A stretch of DNA of 62,943 bases, counting the filler, from Choristocarpus tenellus KU-1152 (taxonomy: Eukaryota; Protista; Phaeophyceae): NCBI GenBank assembly GCA_964200185.2. It is 10 parts of 10 records of this genome, joined end to end, with 100 filler letters (N's around TTAATTAATTAA, not from the genome) between each part and the next. Parts side by side here need not be neighbours in the genome. Positions count along the whole stretch, not along the records: positions 6,539 to 18,237 come from CAXNAD020002181.1; positions 18,338 to 21,868 come from CAXNAD020019420.1; positions 21,969 to 25,867 come from CAXNAD020017270.1; positions 25,968 to 30,004 come from CAXNAD020016546.1; 6 more parts are not named here. One strand, written 5' to 3'. Every line of letters starts with the position of its first letter. Positions within the stretch are counted from its first letter, which is position 1. The notes beneath the pieces are model-generated. The model was not told the origin of the DNA. It did no database searches and saw only the letters and a program-made list of their open reading frames with translations. Positions 13,061-26,790 of the stretch are shown here, piece after piece. Position numbers and translations under genes: made by a program.

Positions 13061-14487
13061 AACAACTACTATATAGCCCCAACTACAACTTCGAAGCGCT
13101 AAACCAATAAATTTGGCAACACCCAACCAACCCCTCAACACATACACAACCATGCACAAAATGCTGAGCAACAAGATATCGTCAAGGGAACAGAGGCAAC
13201 AAGCATGTGTGAAAGAAAAGGACGAGAGCAGCAAAAACAATGATACACAGGCAGGTAGAACGACAATGCGCCTTTTTCAGTGACTGAGTACCAATGACGC
13301 TACCCGCCCTTATATAAGACGTTGTTGTAGGCAACCACCCTCCGACTTCGCAGCAGACGCACCTGTATCAAGTAGTACGTGAAGCAAGAAGTGTGGTGGT
13401 CTTGATTGGAATAAAGGCGAAAAAAACACCAGTCAAGGACAGCAGGTGTCACGTACAGGAGAATTACGGAACCAAAGTGATGCTATGTTTGCAGTCCCTG
13501 GCTGTTGGTGAGCTGGGGAAGCGTTCGAGTCACCTTCAACAAACTACACTGTGCCATGTGTTGTGTGGTGTGCTCAATAGGCGTTGATGCATGCGTTTTG
13601 TGTGCAGATGTTGATAGAGTCAAAGGAATTAATAGGTGTAGGTAAGTTTTAGCCCGTTTGCATTTTAAGTCGCTTAGAGAGTGTGTATTTAACCCTATTT
13701 CGTCCTTCTACGTGTAGCGTAGAGGAACATAAATGGAATAATGGTCTTCAATACGAAAAGCCCTCCTGTGCTGAGTTGCTCTATCCAAGAAGGAACAGAG
13801 TTTTAGTAGGAGGTATATGACCTAATAATACCAGACAAAAAATATACATTTGTCACACACAATCCACAGGATTCACTTTGCACTTAGGTATGTACGTTAA
13901 AATATTGAAAAAAAACTCATTAACAACACTCTACAAAATATATGGTTGCGCTCTTCTTACCTTTGTCAAATTTTAACACTTCAAACGTGACAACAACAAA
14001 ATAAGGGCACGAGGAAGGCCAAGAAGAGAGGTATCCCAATTTCTCTCCACTTTTCAAACGATCTACTTCACAGACGCATCAAGACCAAACATTGACAAGA
14101 ATGTCCTGCTTAGTGAAGTTGTCTCGTCGTGCATTAAGTTGAAAATTTTGCTTGATGCCTCAGTCCTCCCGTTTAAGTTCAAAGGGCATGTAGTCTGGTT
14201 TCTCTCCTTCGACAAGTAACTTTTTGCGGAGGGTATCATGGCGAGGAGTTCCTTTTGTAGAGGGGGATACTATTTTGAGGTACTGACAGCACCACATGTC
14301 ATGCTTTTTTATTTATTTTGTAAATTTTTTTTGACATACATGGGCCCTCACTACCACAATTTTGTCTAATGTCAGAGCTCTATTTACTGATTCCTTACTT
14401 CGTATTTACAAACAATTAATGTTGAAATCGGTACATGCATCATAGAGCTCTAAATTATAGGGTGTGGGCACGTCTATGCTGTATGGG

Positions 14488-15460
14488 TGGTACAATACGC
14501 TCCAAAGCTTAGAACGAAAGTATCTTAGAGGGTAGAAGTTTTTCCCTGTTCGCCCATTTGGGCTTGGATACCCACGGGTTTTTTTATGACATTCTTACCT
14601 ACTCCGAAATGTTTTGGAATAGGTAGAATGTATATTGTTATGAAAAGGTATGTCTGGAACAAGGATATTGATTCTTCCTAACCTGATAGCCAAAATTACA
14701 TCAAAATTTAGACATTGGATATTGGCCCCCAAACAGACGCGGCTCTACCCTCTAATACTTTGACTCTTACCTCCACGGGCTGTATTACTCCAATCCACAG
14801 GCCTATCGATGGCGCTGATGCACGTACAGGACTCCTGATATACTCCGACAGTCAAAAGGTCCAACGAGGATGGTGAATATTAAGTCAGCAGATGAAGGTA
14901 TACTCTCATTCGAGGTAAGATTACGACACATGGATTAAAAGCGAGCGGCTGATAGAAGTCACTGACCGTCATCCATTTAGAGTCTACAGACGCCGTAATA
15001 CATCTGAAAACCATTACATTCTTATGTAACAGATCTTTCTCTGCAATGTTAGCAAATCAGAGTTTCCCCTTTTGGGGTTCCACGCGCGTTTCCTGCTCGC
15101 ACTGTCTAGAGCGCGAGAAGAAATACTTGCGCTGTTCACCTGTAACATGCCCCCCAGCGTAAACTAGGTATACACGTTTCACATTTACCACACGCAATTG
15201 TCATAGGGTAAGACAATAGGTATCGTCTATCACCTCAATCGTGCTGCAGCAGCATGTATAGGTTGCCATTAGATGGCAGAGGGACTCCACTTCCGAATTA
15301 TCATTTTTTTTCCTATACAAGGACTTCAACTTCAAATGGTTTCACAGGGACTCCAGTTTAAATATAGCCAGATGTTTCCGACAGAGGGATTCCAGTTCCA
15401 AATTCACCAGTTGTTTCCAACAATGATCGACAATATCTCCTTGTTTCTTCTGGGGATAAG
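14488..15460 (-). mobile_element. LTR family L: 3' LTR (14488-15147), PPT (15148-15157) and 3' internal region with short tandem repeats
   Basis: 15148-15460 is the reverse complement homologue of 43467-43761; CTGGGGGGCA directly precedes TGTTACAGG in both copies. Confidence 0.75.
14512..14766. mobile_element. MITE family A inside an LTR, TSD TTA
   Basis: The empty site is visible in the LTR copy at ~39140 (GAACTTACCTCC). Confidence 0.9.
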
Positions 15461-16133
15461 ACATAAGTGACAAGGCACAGTAAGAGTCAGTACAGTTTTG
15501 ACCAAATCAGACCATAAACTTTCAAAGGGCAGTTCTGTCTCCTCAACAGTGTGACAATAAAAAATGTCTCTTTCTTCTCCTGTATGGCATGTATCGGTGA
15601 GCACTACAGCTCGAAATTCAAGGGAAGCAGCAGTCCTTGGATCAACACAACCACCAATTAGAATCTGACTTATGCCTTTGTTCTCCACAAGTGTAAGCAG
15701 AAAACACTTTCATACTATTATCCTACATATTGTGCTGCCTGGACGAACTGTTCTGGAGAGTGCTAAAGGTGGTATTTACTTGGACAAGGACTATGAGGCA
15801 TAGGATATCAATGGTTGGATCTAGTCAGAAAGGATGGAGGTGTCACACTAGACACTTGGTAATGCATATGCTTCACACAACGTCGTATTTCCTCCACCTA
15901 CCTACCCGAGACTTCTGGGTGTCGGCACGGCATTGATATATCATTGTCACAGTCTGCATCAACAAATATGCTGCACAAGCTTGGATTTGAAAAAACATAA
16001 TATGGGTCGGCTCACCATGCTCAAAAATATCTTCCTATCTCGTTGTCGTTGATCACTTGATGCATAATCGCCTTGCTCCCCCTAGATCAGACATCTTGGT
16101 AATGTTGAGTGCAGGGGTGTGGCAAGTACCTGA

Positions 16134-16391
16134 GAGTGGAACTATCTTAGATGGTACGAGTTTTGCCCTGTTTGTCCATTTGGGGCTTGGCTTCCCATGG
16201 ACATTTTATTACATTTTCCTTCTCCAAAATGTTTCGGAGTGGGTAAAATGTGTATGTTATTAAAATATGTGTCTAGAACATCGACAGTGACACTTCCTAA
16301 CACACACAATAGCCAAAATTACATCAAAATTGCAACATTGAACTTTGGCCCCCAAATGGATGCAGCAATACCCTCCAAGATACGTTAGCTC
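16134..16391. mobile_element. MITE family A, TSD TGA
   Basis: Diverged TIRs, conserved interior. Confidence 0.88.
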
Positions 16392-16589
16392 TGAAGTAGT
16401 TTGAAGGGGTGAACATGAAAATCTGAAAGGTAGGGAAGCTGAGACTTGGATTAATATGGTACGATTTGATATTTTTCTGGTGTAGAGAATACATGCTTAC
16501 GAATTTATCCCCACCTACCTGTTGGCCTTTAAACAAGAAGGCCAAAAAACCAAGATGTTTCCCTTCAGGATCTCAGGTTTTTCAGCACA

Positions 16590-17400
16590 GTCATGTCATC
16601 ATTGAATAGGAATGCAGCAAGGAAAGGAGTTCCAAGAGAAGAAGAAGAGCCCAGATTCGTACACATGTATGGTTCCCTGGCTCCGTATTTGCTTGGGGGA
16701 GATTTCGAAAAATATATTGTTATGGGCGTTGCCCTGATCCTAATATCACACGAACTCCAGAGATAATCTAAGCTGTATCCAACCTATCACAAAGTTAAAA
16801 TCCCCCATGCATGATGGCAGGTAGAGCAAGAGTTGAGTCAGTAGAAGTTCGAGCAAAGAAGATACAGGGTAGCTTGCTGGGTGGCTCTGTGTGAAGGCAT
16901 TGGACCTTGTAGCCATACGAAAATATGCCTTCGAGGGTGACTGTGAAAATATGCATAAAAGAGTCATGCCCGTAAAAATAAAAGGAAGAGTGAGGGGTAC
17001 GGGACGATGGGAACTCCAAGCACAACACCCACATCATTGTGATGGATGACCTTCAGTATATGGAGGTAGCAGGCATGTTTGCTTTCAATACTCTACTCGA
17101 TTTTTTTGAAAAAGAGAATCTGGCCTCCACCTCCTCAATATTTTGAGTATTAGAAGGGACCAATGTCAACCAGAAATTGCGTATATGGAGGAAATGGTGC
17201 ATTTGTGAATGTGGTGGCAGGTGCGAAAGGGAATGTAGTCCTCATTCTCCACACTTCTAAAGATCATATTTTTTTTTTCTGGTGCACTGTCACTGCGTGG
17301 GGAGCCCTGCAGCAAGAACTACATCTGAATGGCTCAAAATTACGTCAACACCTATATTTCAGTTGGTTTCATGGGAAACAAAATCCTACCAGTTAAGTAC
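16590..17400 (+). pseudogene. Decayed Sola2-like DDD transposase
   Basis: Ordered motifs across frameshifts: HH*IGMQQGKEFQEKK (16600s), DFEKY...HELQ (16701), HIIVMDDLQY (17030), LRIW..W..CECGG (17177), HLYFSWFHGK (17349); this order parallels the DFxENY..ExQ / SDDLxHD / WSDxCxxQ / FxxxHGKG series I recall for Sola2-type transposases. Confidence 0.55.
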
Positions 17401-18337
17401 GCTAAGAAGATAGCTAGAGTTTCAATTTATTATCAATGTTATCGAATAGGATTTGTAATGGTTTAGGGGTGATGATGCTTTTTTTTGCTGCAATTCCAAA
17501 CTCAGATACAAGTTGGTAACAATTGTTACGTTCCCCTCAACCCCTCGTGGTGACCATGCAGGTTTGCTCCATAGACTTTTACCACTGAAAGTAGTGAAGA
17601 CTCGACCAGGAGAGATATTGGGAAAAGAGGAGATAGGGACATCACACGGCCCACTTCACTACAGTATGAAATCCCACACGGATGATGAAATTGAAATAGT
17701 GGCTGGTGTACAATTTGCTCCTGTGTCTTTAATATTATCTATTTGCCAAATGATGATTCTTTTCACTTCGTCAATACCGCATACAAAAAACGTTACGACA
17801 TTTGTTTGGCAACATGTGTGTGCTACCTTGACAGTGAATTTATTGGTCATACAGGAAACATACAGACATAACTATCACATCAGTATAGTCTAAACTAAAA
17901 TATCAATTTATCATCAATTACTCCGAATATGCTTAATAATTAACTACAATACCAACGAATCCTCAATTAGTCCGGATGTACTACTCATTATTAACATCTC
18001 CTCGACTAAACCCAAAATAGATACATACAAAAGAGATGGATGCCTACGCAGAAGTCCCATTCTGCACAGTGATCACTACATCACTATTTAATGAACGCTT
18101 TGCATACCCACCCTTTACTGGGCATTTGCTGGAAAATGTACATAAATAACTCATCAAACTTAATTACCTAGGGAATTTCATGACATTGGAGACAATCATA
18201 AACTTAGGGTTAAATCACCCAGAGATGGCAAGCAAGGNNNNNNNNNNNNNNNNNNNNNNNNNNNNNNNNNNNNNNNNNNNNTTAATTAATTAANNNNNNN
18301 NNNNNNNNNNNNNNNNNNNNNNNNNNNNNNNNNNNNN

Positions 18338-18494
18338 GGGGGAGGTCAACATCAGGGTGTCCATTTGGACCATAACTAGGAAAAGTGCACTTACATTATC
18401 CATCCGACGTATGCAACCTAACCACACAAAAATCGCTAAATGAAAAAATTGACCCAAATGGACACCCGCCACCCCCTCCCAGATAATTTGGGTC
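18338..18494. mobile_element. MITE family B at contig start
   Basis: Reverse-orientation copy ending CCAGATAATTTGGGTC. Confidence 0.8.
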
Positions 18495-18780
18495 TGAAAT
18501 TTAAAGTCAATTGCCAGTCCACATTTCTAGCTAAGCATTTTGATCAGGGGATGAACACAATGGTGCCATAGTTTCAGAAACCATATGTTCAGCACTTGAC
18601 TTCCATAGACTTGGCATATGTTATTGTTCGCTTTGACTACCACAATGGAGCAGAATAGGGTGTGAAATTTAGAGTCAATTGCCAGTCCACATTTCCAGCT
18701 AAGCATTTTGACCAGGGAATGAACATAATGATGCCATAGTTTCAGAAACCATATGTTCAGCACTTGACTTCCATAGACTT
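18495..18780. repeat. Direct duplication, period 168 bp
   Basis: TGAAATTTARAGTCAATTGCCAGTCC...CCATAGACTT starts at 18495 and 18663. Confidence 0.9.
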
Positions 18781-19171
18781 GAGGAGTAGGTGTAAGTAGC
18801 CCAGTAAACCTTGCACATCTGTGGCACTGCTGGCATGCTCTATGCTGTTTCTCCTTCCTGCTTCATGCTCACCTTCTATTTTATTGTACACTTTGAACCC
18901 CCTGTGTACAAATACACATTATGCAAAACTGTTTGAAAATGATGGGCTACATAAGTCAACTTATAAATGTGGCAGACTTTTTATACCCACCTTTAGCGCC
19001 TCATAGCCAAACAATAGCATCGAAAAATCAACAATCTTGATATTATCTGATTTTTTCCCTAGTATGAATCAAGACAGCAAATGGGACAGCCGCAGCACTT
19101 GAGTTGGAGACACTACAGAACGTGATAGACGTTCAGTGTGCAAGGTGTGACATGTGTGGGCAAAGACTTAC

Positions 19172-21066
19172 CTGTAGCTCAACAGCCAATGCAGCCACTT
19201 CCCTGTCGACCCTCAGGTGACCAACATTGATTTGGCTTTTTGTTGAGCGTATGATAATATTGTTTGCCGCCTTGGTTCTATTTAGCAAGTCCTGCTCTAG
19301 CAGCGGTAACTCTTCCCTAGCTCTTCAACACGGTGGTAGAATGCGGAGGTTGTTGGTGTCAGATGGACAGATTAACCAGGACTTAGGGATGAGGGGCCAT
19401 GCAGCATTTCTCTTTTCTATTATGTACAATAAAACTGAGGTAATGCTTAAATACCACACATTAATTTTACTTACAGGATGGTTCATCTACAAGTAAATTG
19501 GGCCCTTGCATCCGCCTTTTGGAGTACGTATTTCTGACACTGTAGATGTCGAATTTGTGCTTACGTGGACAAACAATTTTCTCCCCTTTCCACACCAGCA
19601 ACTTCCTTTGGGGGGTTAGCCGCATTTCAGGCGTGGGAAATTGGATAATGGGGAAAGTATTTTAAAAGCACTACACCATGATCAAAAGGTCCTTGATATA
19701 CCCCCACTAAGACAGGATGGCTTAGATTGACTAAAAGCAGTTAGCGCCTAACATATTCGTCACAGGTTTGTGCTCAATAGTCCTCCACATTGCCATTGAC
19801 CAGCATAAATAGGACACGGGTACTACCTCCTGTGACAGGTGGCCATTGGTCCATCAATGGCATGCCTTGCATTCTTGTGGCTCGGTGGAAAAATATCAGT
19901 TAATTGGCAATACATTTTCATATTTATTTTATTTGTGAGTTCAAGTCAATGCCAGACTTCTTTTCAGGGAAATCCGCTTTGACATTCTAAAATCCAGTAG
20001 GAAGCAATACAGATTGTGTGCATGTGTGCTATCGTATCTGTCACCAACCCGCAATAGTTTGGGAAACCCAAATGAGGTGGCAAGACTTCGTTGCAAAGCA
20101 GTACCATGATGGGTCCAGCACAAGACATGAGAGAGGAGGAGGTGAAGCAATGAGGTGCGAGGCGGAAGAACCCAATGTTTGAGAGGTGAGGAATGAGCAG
20201 AGGTATCTGTAATTTATCACAGTGCAAGAATCATTTGCAGTAGGTAGTTTGTGGGTATATGTAATTTATCACAGTAGTGCAGTGTGTAACACCGTTGATC
20301 ACTGGTCTTGATAGCCCCCAGACTATGGTGAGAAATTATTGCTGCTATGCATTATTACAATGCATAGCAGCAATATATTTTCGTTTCTTTGTTTGGTGTT
20401 CACTCCGTAATTGTTTTCATAGATTGGAAAGTTCTCCCTGTCCCAGAACACCTAGTATGCTCAAACTTCCCTGACTATTATTAACCATTTTCTTTTCATA
20501 CATTCAAGTTCATATACTTTTGGACAAGGGTCAGAGAACTCTCTGTAGGGTCATGGACAGCTCTAGGGTTGGAGGCTAGTGCAGCCCCAAAGATATCTTG
20601 CTTCATGTACTATTACCAAATCTCACAAGCCCTAATGGGCGGAGATGATGATCTCTAGCTATCTTATGATCCTAGGAACTGAACCCTACAGCCCCAGAGC
20701 CCCACATGCCCATATCACATTACGTAATGTCAAAGTGAACAACAATAATGTCAGCAGTAGCAGAGTAGTAGTACTAGCACAAACTCATTGCGATATGCAG
20801 GCGATTACATCAGTGCAAGTGCTGCATTTTGTACCATACCACTTTCTGATAAATCTCAATTGCAGTTGCAGTGTTGCCAGAAAAATTGTCGTGTCAATGC
20901 AGAGGGGCATCTACCTTTCCGCTTCTTGTAGCATCTCAATGAAGGCCTGCTCCTGGTACTTGTCATTAGCTTCGCTGATCGTTGTTCGGAACACGTTTTC
21001 CAGCTTGGTTCGAATGTTGAAGAAGTCTGTTTTTATTACTTCCAGTTCGTGACTGCTGTCCACGGC
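19172..21066 (-). CDS. Two internal exons (21066-20915, 19322-19172) of an unidentified helical/coiled-coil protein
   Basis: Phase-consistent GT-AG splice: AVDSSHELEVIKTDFF...MLQEAER|AREELPLLEQDLL...AALAVELQ. Confidence 0.6.
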
Positions 21067-21269
21067 CTGTAGGATGTGGTTCATTTCACAGAAAGTATGC
21101 ATGTGTGTGAGTCAAAGTAATTGAGGGGTACTCAGGGTTGCATTTTATGGATGCTGCTAGATATGTGCAAAATTCGATTTTTTTCTTACAAATGCGTGTA
21201 AGATATTTTCTGTACTGTGTCGAAGTATTTCAAACAATAGAGAAATCACTGCTCTCAAGTCAAACTTAG

Positions 21270-21528
21270 GAGTGAAAGTATCTTAGAGGGTACGAGTTTT
21301 GCGCTGTTTGTCCATTTGGGGCTTGGCTTCCCGTGCTTTTTTTAATGACATTTTGCTACTCCAAAATGTTTTGGAGTAGGTAAAATGTGTATTTTATGAG
21401 AAGGTGTGTCCGGAACAAGGATATTGACACTTTGAAATTAATATGAGAGCCAAAACTACATAAATATCGCAACATTGGAGTTTGACCCCCAAATGGACAC
21501 GACTGTACCCTCTAAGATACTTTGGCTC
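21270..21528. mobile_element. MITE family A, TSD TTAG
   Basis: TIRs plus a perfect 4-bp duplication. Confidence 0.9.
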
Positions 21529-22028
21529 TTAGCACTTCATCCATAGATATATGGGTGACTTGTGGAACACTAAAAAAACTGGCTTAAAATGCAAGACAGT
21601 CAAAACCTGGGTACCTATCTTTTACTTTGATTCTGTGTGCGAGCATGAACTGATTAGAGCTTCAAGTTTAGGATAAGGGCACAAATGTACTTTATCTCAA
21701 TAATATAGAATGATCATGCCTATTTGCAACACCCTCGGTAGCAATCAATACATATACTGCACAGGCTCAAAGTATCTGGGGGGGGGGGGGGGGCGGCTGT
21801 CCATTAGGGGCCGATTTTTTCATGTCGTGTTTTTTTTGTGTAATTTATTTGCATTTGTGGGATGGATANNNNNNNNNNNNNNNNNNNNNNNNNNNNNNNN
21901 NNNNNNNNNNNNTTAATTAATTAANNNNNNNNNNNNNNNNNNNNNNNNNNNNNNNNNNNNNNNNNNNNTCTAATAATAGGGTGAAGTGCTGTGGGGGGGG
22001 GGGGGTGCCGGCATCGGTTTTTGACTCT

Positions 22029-22203
22029 GGCTCAAAGTACCTGGGGCGGGTGGTGACTGTCCATTTGGAGCTAAATTTTTCATGTCGCGATTTTTGGGTG
22101 ATTTGATTCCATACGTTGGATGGATAATGAAAGTGCACTTTTCCTGGTGTTGGTCCAAATGGACACTTTGGTGAAGACCCTCCCCCCCCAGATACTTTGG
22201 GTC
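22029..22203. mobile_element. MITE family B, complete ~175-bp copy (other copies 21764-21868, 25690-25867, 25968-25988, 30105-30258, 51610-51647, 51748-51802, 52499-52682)
   Basis: TIRs GGCTCAAAGTACCTGGGG / CCCCCAGATACTTTGGGTC plus subterminal GTCCATTTGG / CCAAATGGAC. Confidence 0.85.
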
Positions 22204-24709
22204 AACAGGATAGTCAATAAATATCTCTCCATTTCAAGGTGTACAACTGCATGCAAGACATCTGTCTCACACATCAGATTCTCTACGTCAAGCTCTCTCT
22301 CTCTCTCTCTCTTGACTGCCCGAAACTTAGCAACAACCATATAGACAGTTCACTATTTGACCCTAACCTCAAGTGGTGGCCGGCAAAATACAGTCAGATA
22401 AAAGGTCGTACTCAACTCATTATATACAAGCATCAGGGATTTCATCACCCTACAGAACTAATACATAGGGTGTAGGGTTAGGGTTCTTGAGGATCGGAAT
22501 TTACATTTCAAATTGAGCTTGTATGAGTACACCTGGAGCTCAGCGGGGAGGAGGGGCAGAAGCTTTGAGGCCCAAAGATAGAACAGTGCCTCATGCATGA
22601 TCAGTTAGCAACACTTTAGATCTTACTTTTTCATTAGGTTCTACAGTTGTTGTGATCCTCTCTGGGACACGGCTGGTTTTGCCAAAATATAATGGTAAAC
22701 TGTTTCTGTGAACAGAGCATTATCTGGTTGAGCAACTGCGTCACTGGATTGACACGAAGATTGCCAGAAGCTTGCCAGAAGATTGCAGAAGTGTGTGTCT
22801 AAATTAAATAGTCCATCAAACATTGTGCACCTACACACACACTTATGTACAGGAAGGCGTTAATCAATAAATGTTGCCGAGGAGAAAAACCAGGGATATG
22901 TCCTTTGATGTGACCACAGAGCAGAGTTTGTCTCCTACATTGAAAACAAGAACAATTCAGAATACACAAAAGTACAAAATTGACGCACTATTAGCAGACT
23001 TGAACTTGGGTAGAGCATCAGATTAGGAGGAGCATGGTAACAACTTGTGAGATTGACACGCCTACAAAACAGACCAGCGCCCAAACAGCCTGAAATGTAT
23101 CAACAGAGGTCAAGCAACCAATCCATAGAATAGGATTAATTTCATTTCAAAAGCAACAAATCTACTTGCAGGGGGTAAATACATACACATGCATCTATGA
23201 ATGCGTGCTCGTGTTGAACATCCGGAAAGGTCAGAAAGTTGCCTTCAGTGTGTAAAACCACTATTTAGACGGACACCTCTGGCCATCCAGTAATGCAGCT
23301 GCTCAAACAGATACGCCATGTTCACAGAAACTGCTTACCATGATCATTTCCCAATATCAACTGCGCCCCAGAGAGGATCACAACAACTGTAGAAAGCTAA
23401 TGACAAAGTGAGTCCTAAAATGTTACTAACTGATCATGTAAAAGACTGTTCTATCCTTGGAACTCAATGCTTCTGCCCATTCAGCCCTTCCTCCATACAA
23501 ATCTCTGACAAGCTGGTAGGTACCCTAACCCAACAAAAAAAAAGGAAGTGTAGTGCAGATGAAACCTTTTTGTCCATGCACGTAGTTGGGGAAACATGAC
23601 CTCAGAAATTAAACAGTAGCAACCTGTGCATACTTATAATGCGGTGTGCTTAAATATGTAAGCAGCATGTGTGCAATTTTTCAAGTCTTCTTGTTCTTAA
23701 CAAGCATAGATGTCAACTATAGGCACCATAAGTCTGCAAAATAAATTGTTTGTATCTTTGTGGGACTGCAAAGGAGAATGCACAAATGGGTGAGTGAGGG
23801 TGGAAGCTAAGACACAACATTGAGCACAAGCTGTGATGAAGAGTGTGAAGGATAAGCACCTTAGTTTTTTAAGTATAATGTCGAGAATATCAACAGTCAA
23901 CTAGCTCACTCAATCGCAAAAATATTAAACAGACATGGACGAAGAAAAAAACTCCGTCCTTATCTTTACCCCAATAGGAAATTGGCTTGACATACATCTC
24001 GCGTACTTCTGGGGCAAGAAACGTACTATAAATGTCATGTGAATGTTAGCGCCCGAGCGCACTGTGAAGGGTGAGGCATTGTCGTAGAAGGTATGAATAT
24101 TCTGCGCGAACCGTAACTAGAGAGGATGAGCCGTAGGGTGCAGGCTGGGTTCGGAGCTCGACCGATGGCACAACAAAGAAAATGGGGATTGCGTAATCTA
24201 TTGCGTAGGTGTGTTGGCGTGATTGTTTTGTCAAACGATACAGGAAGCAAGTGCATGAACGTGATCATCCGGGCTTCTTTGAGGTTGGACTCTAGCCGAG
24301 GGCTAATAGTTGGGAGTAGTAGTTGGGGAAAGGGAGGTGGCACATAGGTGGGTGGAAGTAAATCTGAGGTAGATCGCTCATGTCATTCGGACTAATCTTC
24401 TACCCTTCTTCTCATCACGTAGAAAGACTGCTGTCTGGCAAAGGTGCAGAGATGTGTGACAAAAAAAAAACACATTCGTATGGCGACAAGGATTTAACAA
24501 AGCAGCAAAGCGTTCTTTCCTTGAACCTAGCCTTGAAAGGACGATCATCACTCTTTTGCGACTAATGTTCGCGATTTGCCAACTTCTATAGGTTGTGGTT
24601 TTTCCCTGTCCCAATATGAAATGTCCATTCCAACCTACACCAAAAGACACATTGGTCCCAGACCTGCAACCACAGAGTAGGCCTTAAATTCACGTAGATT
24701 CTTCCTCAC

Positions 24710-24922
24710 CTCCCGTTCGCCTTTCTTCGTTTCCTTCCCTTGTTTTCCATCCCCGTTGGATCCTCCTGACATATACAAGGAAGGCACTCGATTCACAGCA
24801 CACATCCTCCAAACCCTAGCGCCCGTGGAGGAGGTCGCTGGAGGAGGTAGGCGAAGAGAAGAGACGGCAATGCAATGCAGCAGACCCAGTCCTAAAGACA
24901 CTAGGGACCTGAAGGGTGACAT
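24710..24922 (-). CDS. Probable first exon of a signal-peptide (possibly plastid-targeted) protein
   Basis: MSPFRSLVSLGLGLLHCIAVSS|LRLPP followed by an R/S/T-rich segment, then a GTGAGG donor; downstream exons unresolved. Confidence 0.45.
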
Positions 24923-26790
24923 CTCTCGTAGCTGCCTCACTTACACTTCAAGATGTCGCCAAAGTTGGTATACAACAGCAGCGAGATATAAAGGCTGGGT
25001 GGTACCTAAAGGTCGAATATTACGGAGGGGAGGATTGCATTGGGGATGTGCACAGGTTCACTTTTGTCGGCAAATAAAGGACTGGAACCGAGTCAGAACA
25101 GTCCTGTCAAGTTGTGCTAGTGATGCTCAAGGTTCACAACATCCATACTTCTGCTGTTTGTTGTTTTAGGTTGAAGTGGCTCCAAGTCGTCAGTCGTGCG
25201 CTGACGATGTGGGTATCTTAATATTTAGAATGTGCAACCCGATTTCTACTTGTCTTAATACTTCGACAATATCGATAAGGTTGGGAATGGGGATTGGTTA
25301 AAACTACCGACATTGGACTTTTTTGTAACGTCTGTCCGACCTACCTATATACATACCTTCATCCAAAACATGTTATTCATTGTATATAGTAGTAATAAGG
25401 AACAACCTCTTTCCTATCAGTATGTAGATTTCATCTGGAAAATGAGTGTGCTTTTCAGCACAAAACATCCATGACCAGTCCGGATAATTACTAATGGAAA
25501 AAGCATCCATCATGCAACGGTGGAGATGTTTCACAGTGTTCCTTAATGACACCAAGTCGAATGATCTCCCCCCTCATACTATACATCATTTGAAAGGACT
25601 GCTGTCAATCTTGTATAATAGCATAAGACTACTTCCTCGGGATACTGATATGTTCTTTCGGCTATCTGCCCACTTTCACGCTTTGCTTTGGCTCAAAGTA
25701 TCTGGGCGGGGGTAGCGGCTGTCCATTTGGGGTCAATTTCTTCATGTCGCGTTTTTTGTGCGATTTGGATGCATACGTCGGATGGATAATGTACATGCAA
25801 TTTTCCTGATTTTGGTCAAATGGAGACCCTGGTGTTGATCCCCCCCCCCCCCAGAAACTTTAGGTATNNNNNNNNNNNNNNNNNNNNNNNNNNNNNNNNN
25901 NNNNNNNNNNNTTAATTAATTAANNNNNNNNNNNNNNNNNNNNNNNNNNNNNNNNNNNNNNNNNNNNCCCCCCCAGATACTTTGACCCATCTGGAACAAG
26001 TGGGAAATTTCTCCCTCATCATGTGCATATGAGAGTAATCTGGGGTAACTCTCTGAGTTGAAAATATCTTAGTTCTTCTGCAGAAGAAATGAGTATGTGG
26101 GATGGTGGCTGTTGGATTCCTCTTGAAAAATGGTACCAATTAAATCCTTCAATTCTCAAGATACACCCACAACAGGAATCTGAACATATGACCAATGAGT
26201 AGTTGAGGGTTCTTAGTTTTTTTTTCTGAGGTGTGAAACGTGCCCCAACCTACTGCTTCAGAGGATCTTATTTTACTTTACACAATTCACAAGGGCTAAG
26301 CTTTGACTGCATTGTCCTGCTTTAAATGTCAAATCATGGGCTTACTTGTGCGTATAATCCTCAAATTTGAATATTCATTTGGGATTCGTTGAAGAGGTGT
26401 GTCAATGAGAAGGTTGAGAAGCTGGGACTAGTAGTGGTCTAAACCACATTACAGGTGGTGAAAACATAAAAAAATACATGCTTACCAAATGGTGCCTTAA
26501 ATCAAAACACTGGAGTAGAGCTTGTTTGATCATGCGTTGCACTAGATGTGCTGGTCTGGGGTATAGAAAAAGAAGCAGAGCTGCTTGAATCCATTGCAAC
26601 GTGGGAGAGCTTCCTTGATGTGTTCTGCATGTGTCATACACCAACATTTACATTCTTCAACCCACCCTGTCTGGTCAAGACGTTTGGATAAACTCCCTCT
26701 GTTTTTTAAATTGTTGATGGGTACATATGCAATGTTTGAGCTAACCCCTAACCCTTCACTATGCTTGTTTTTTTACTGTTGGATAACCAG

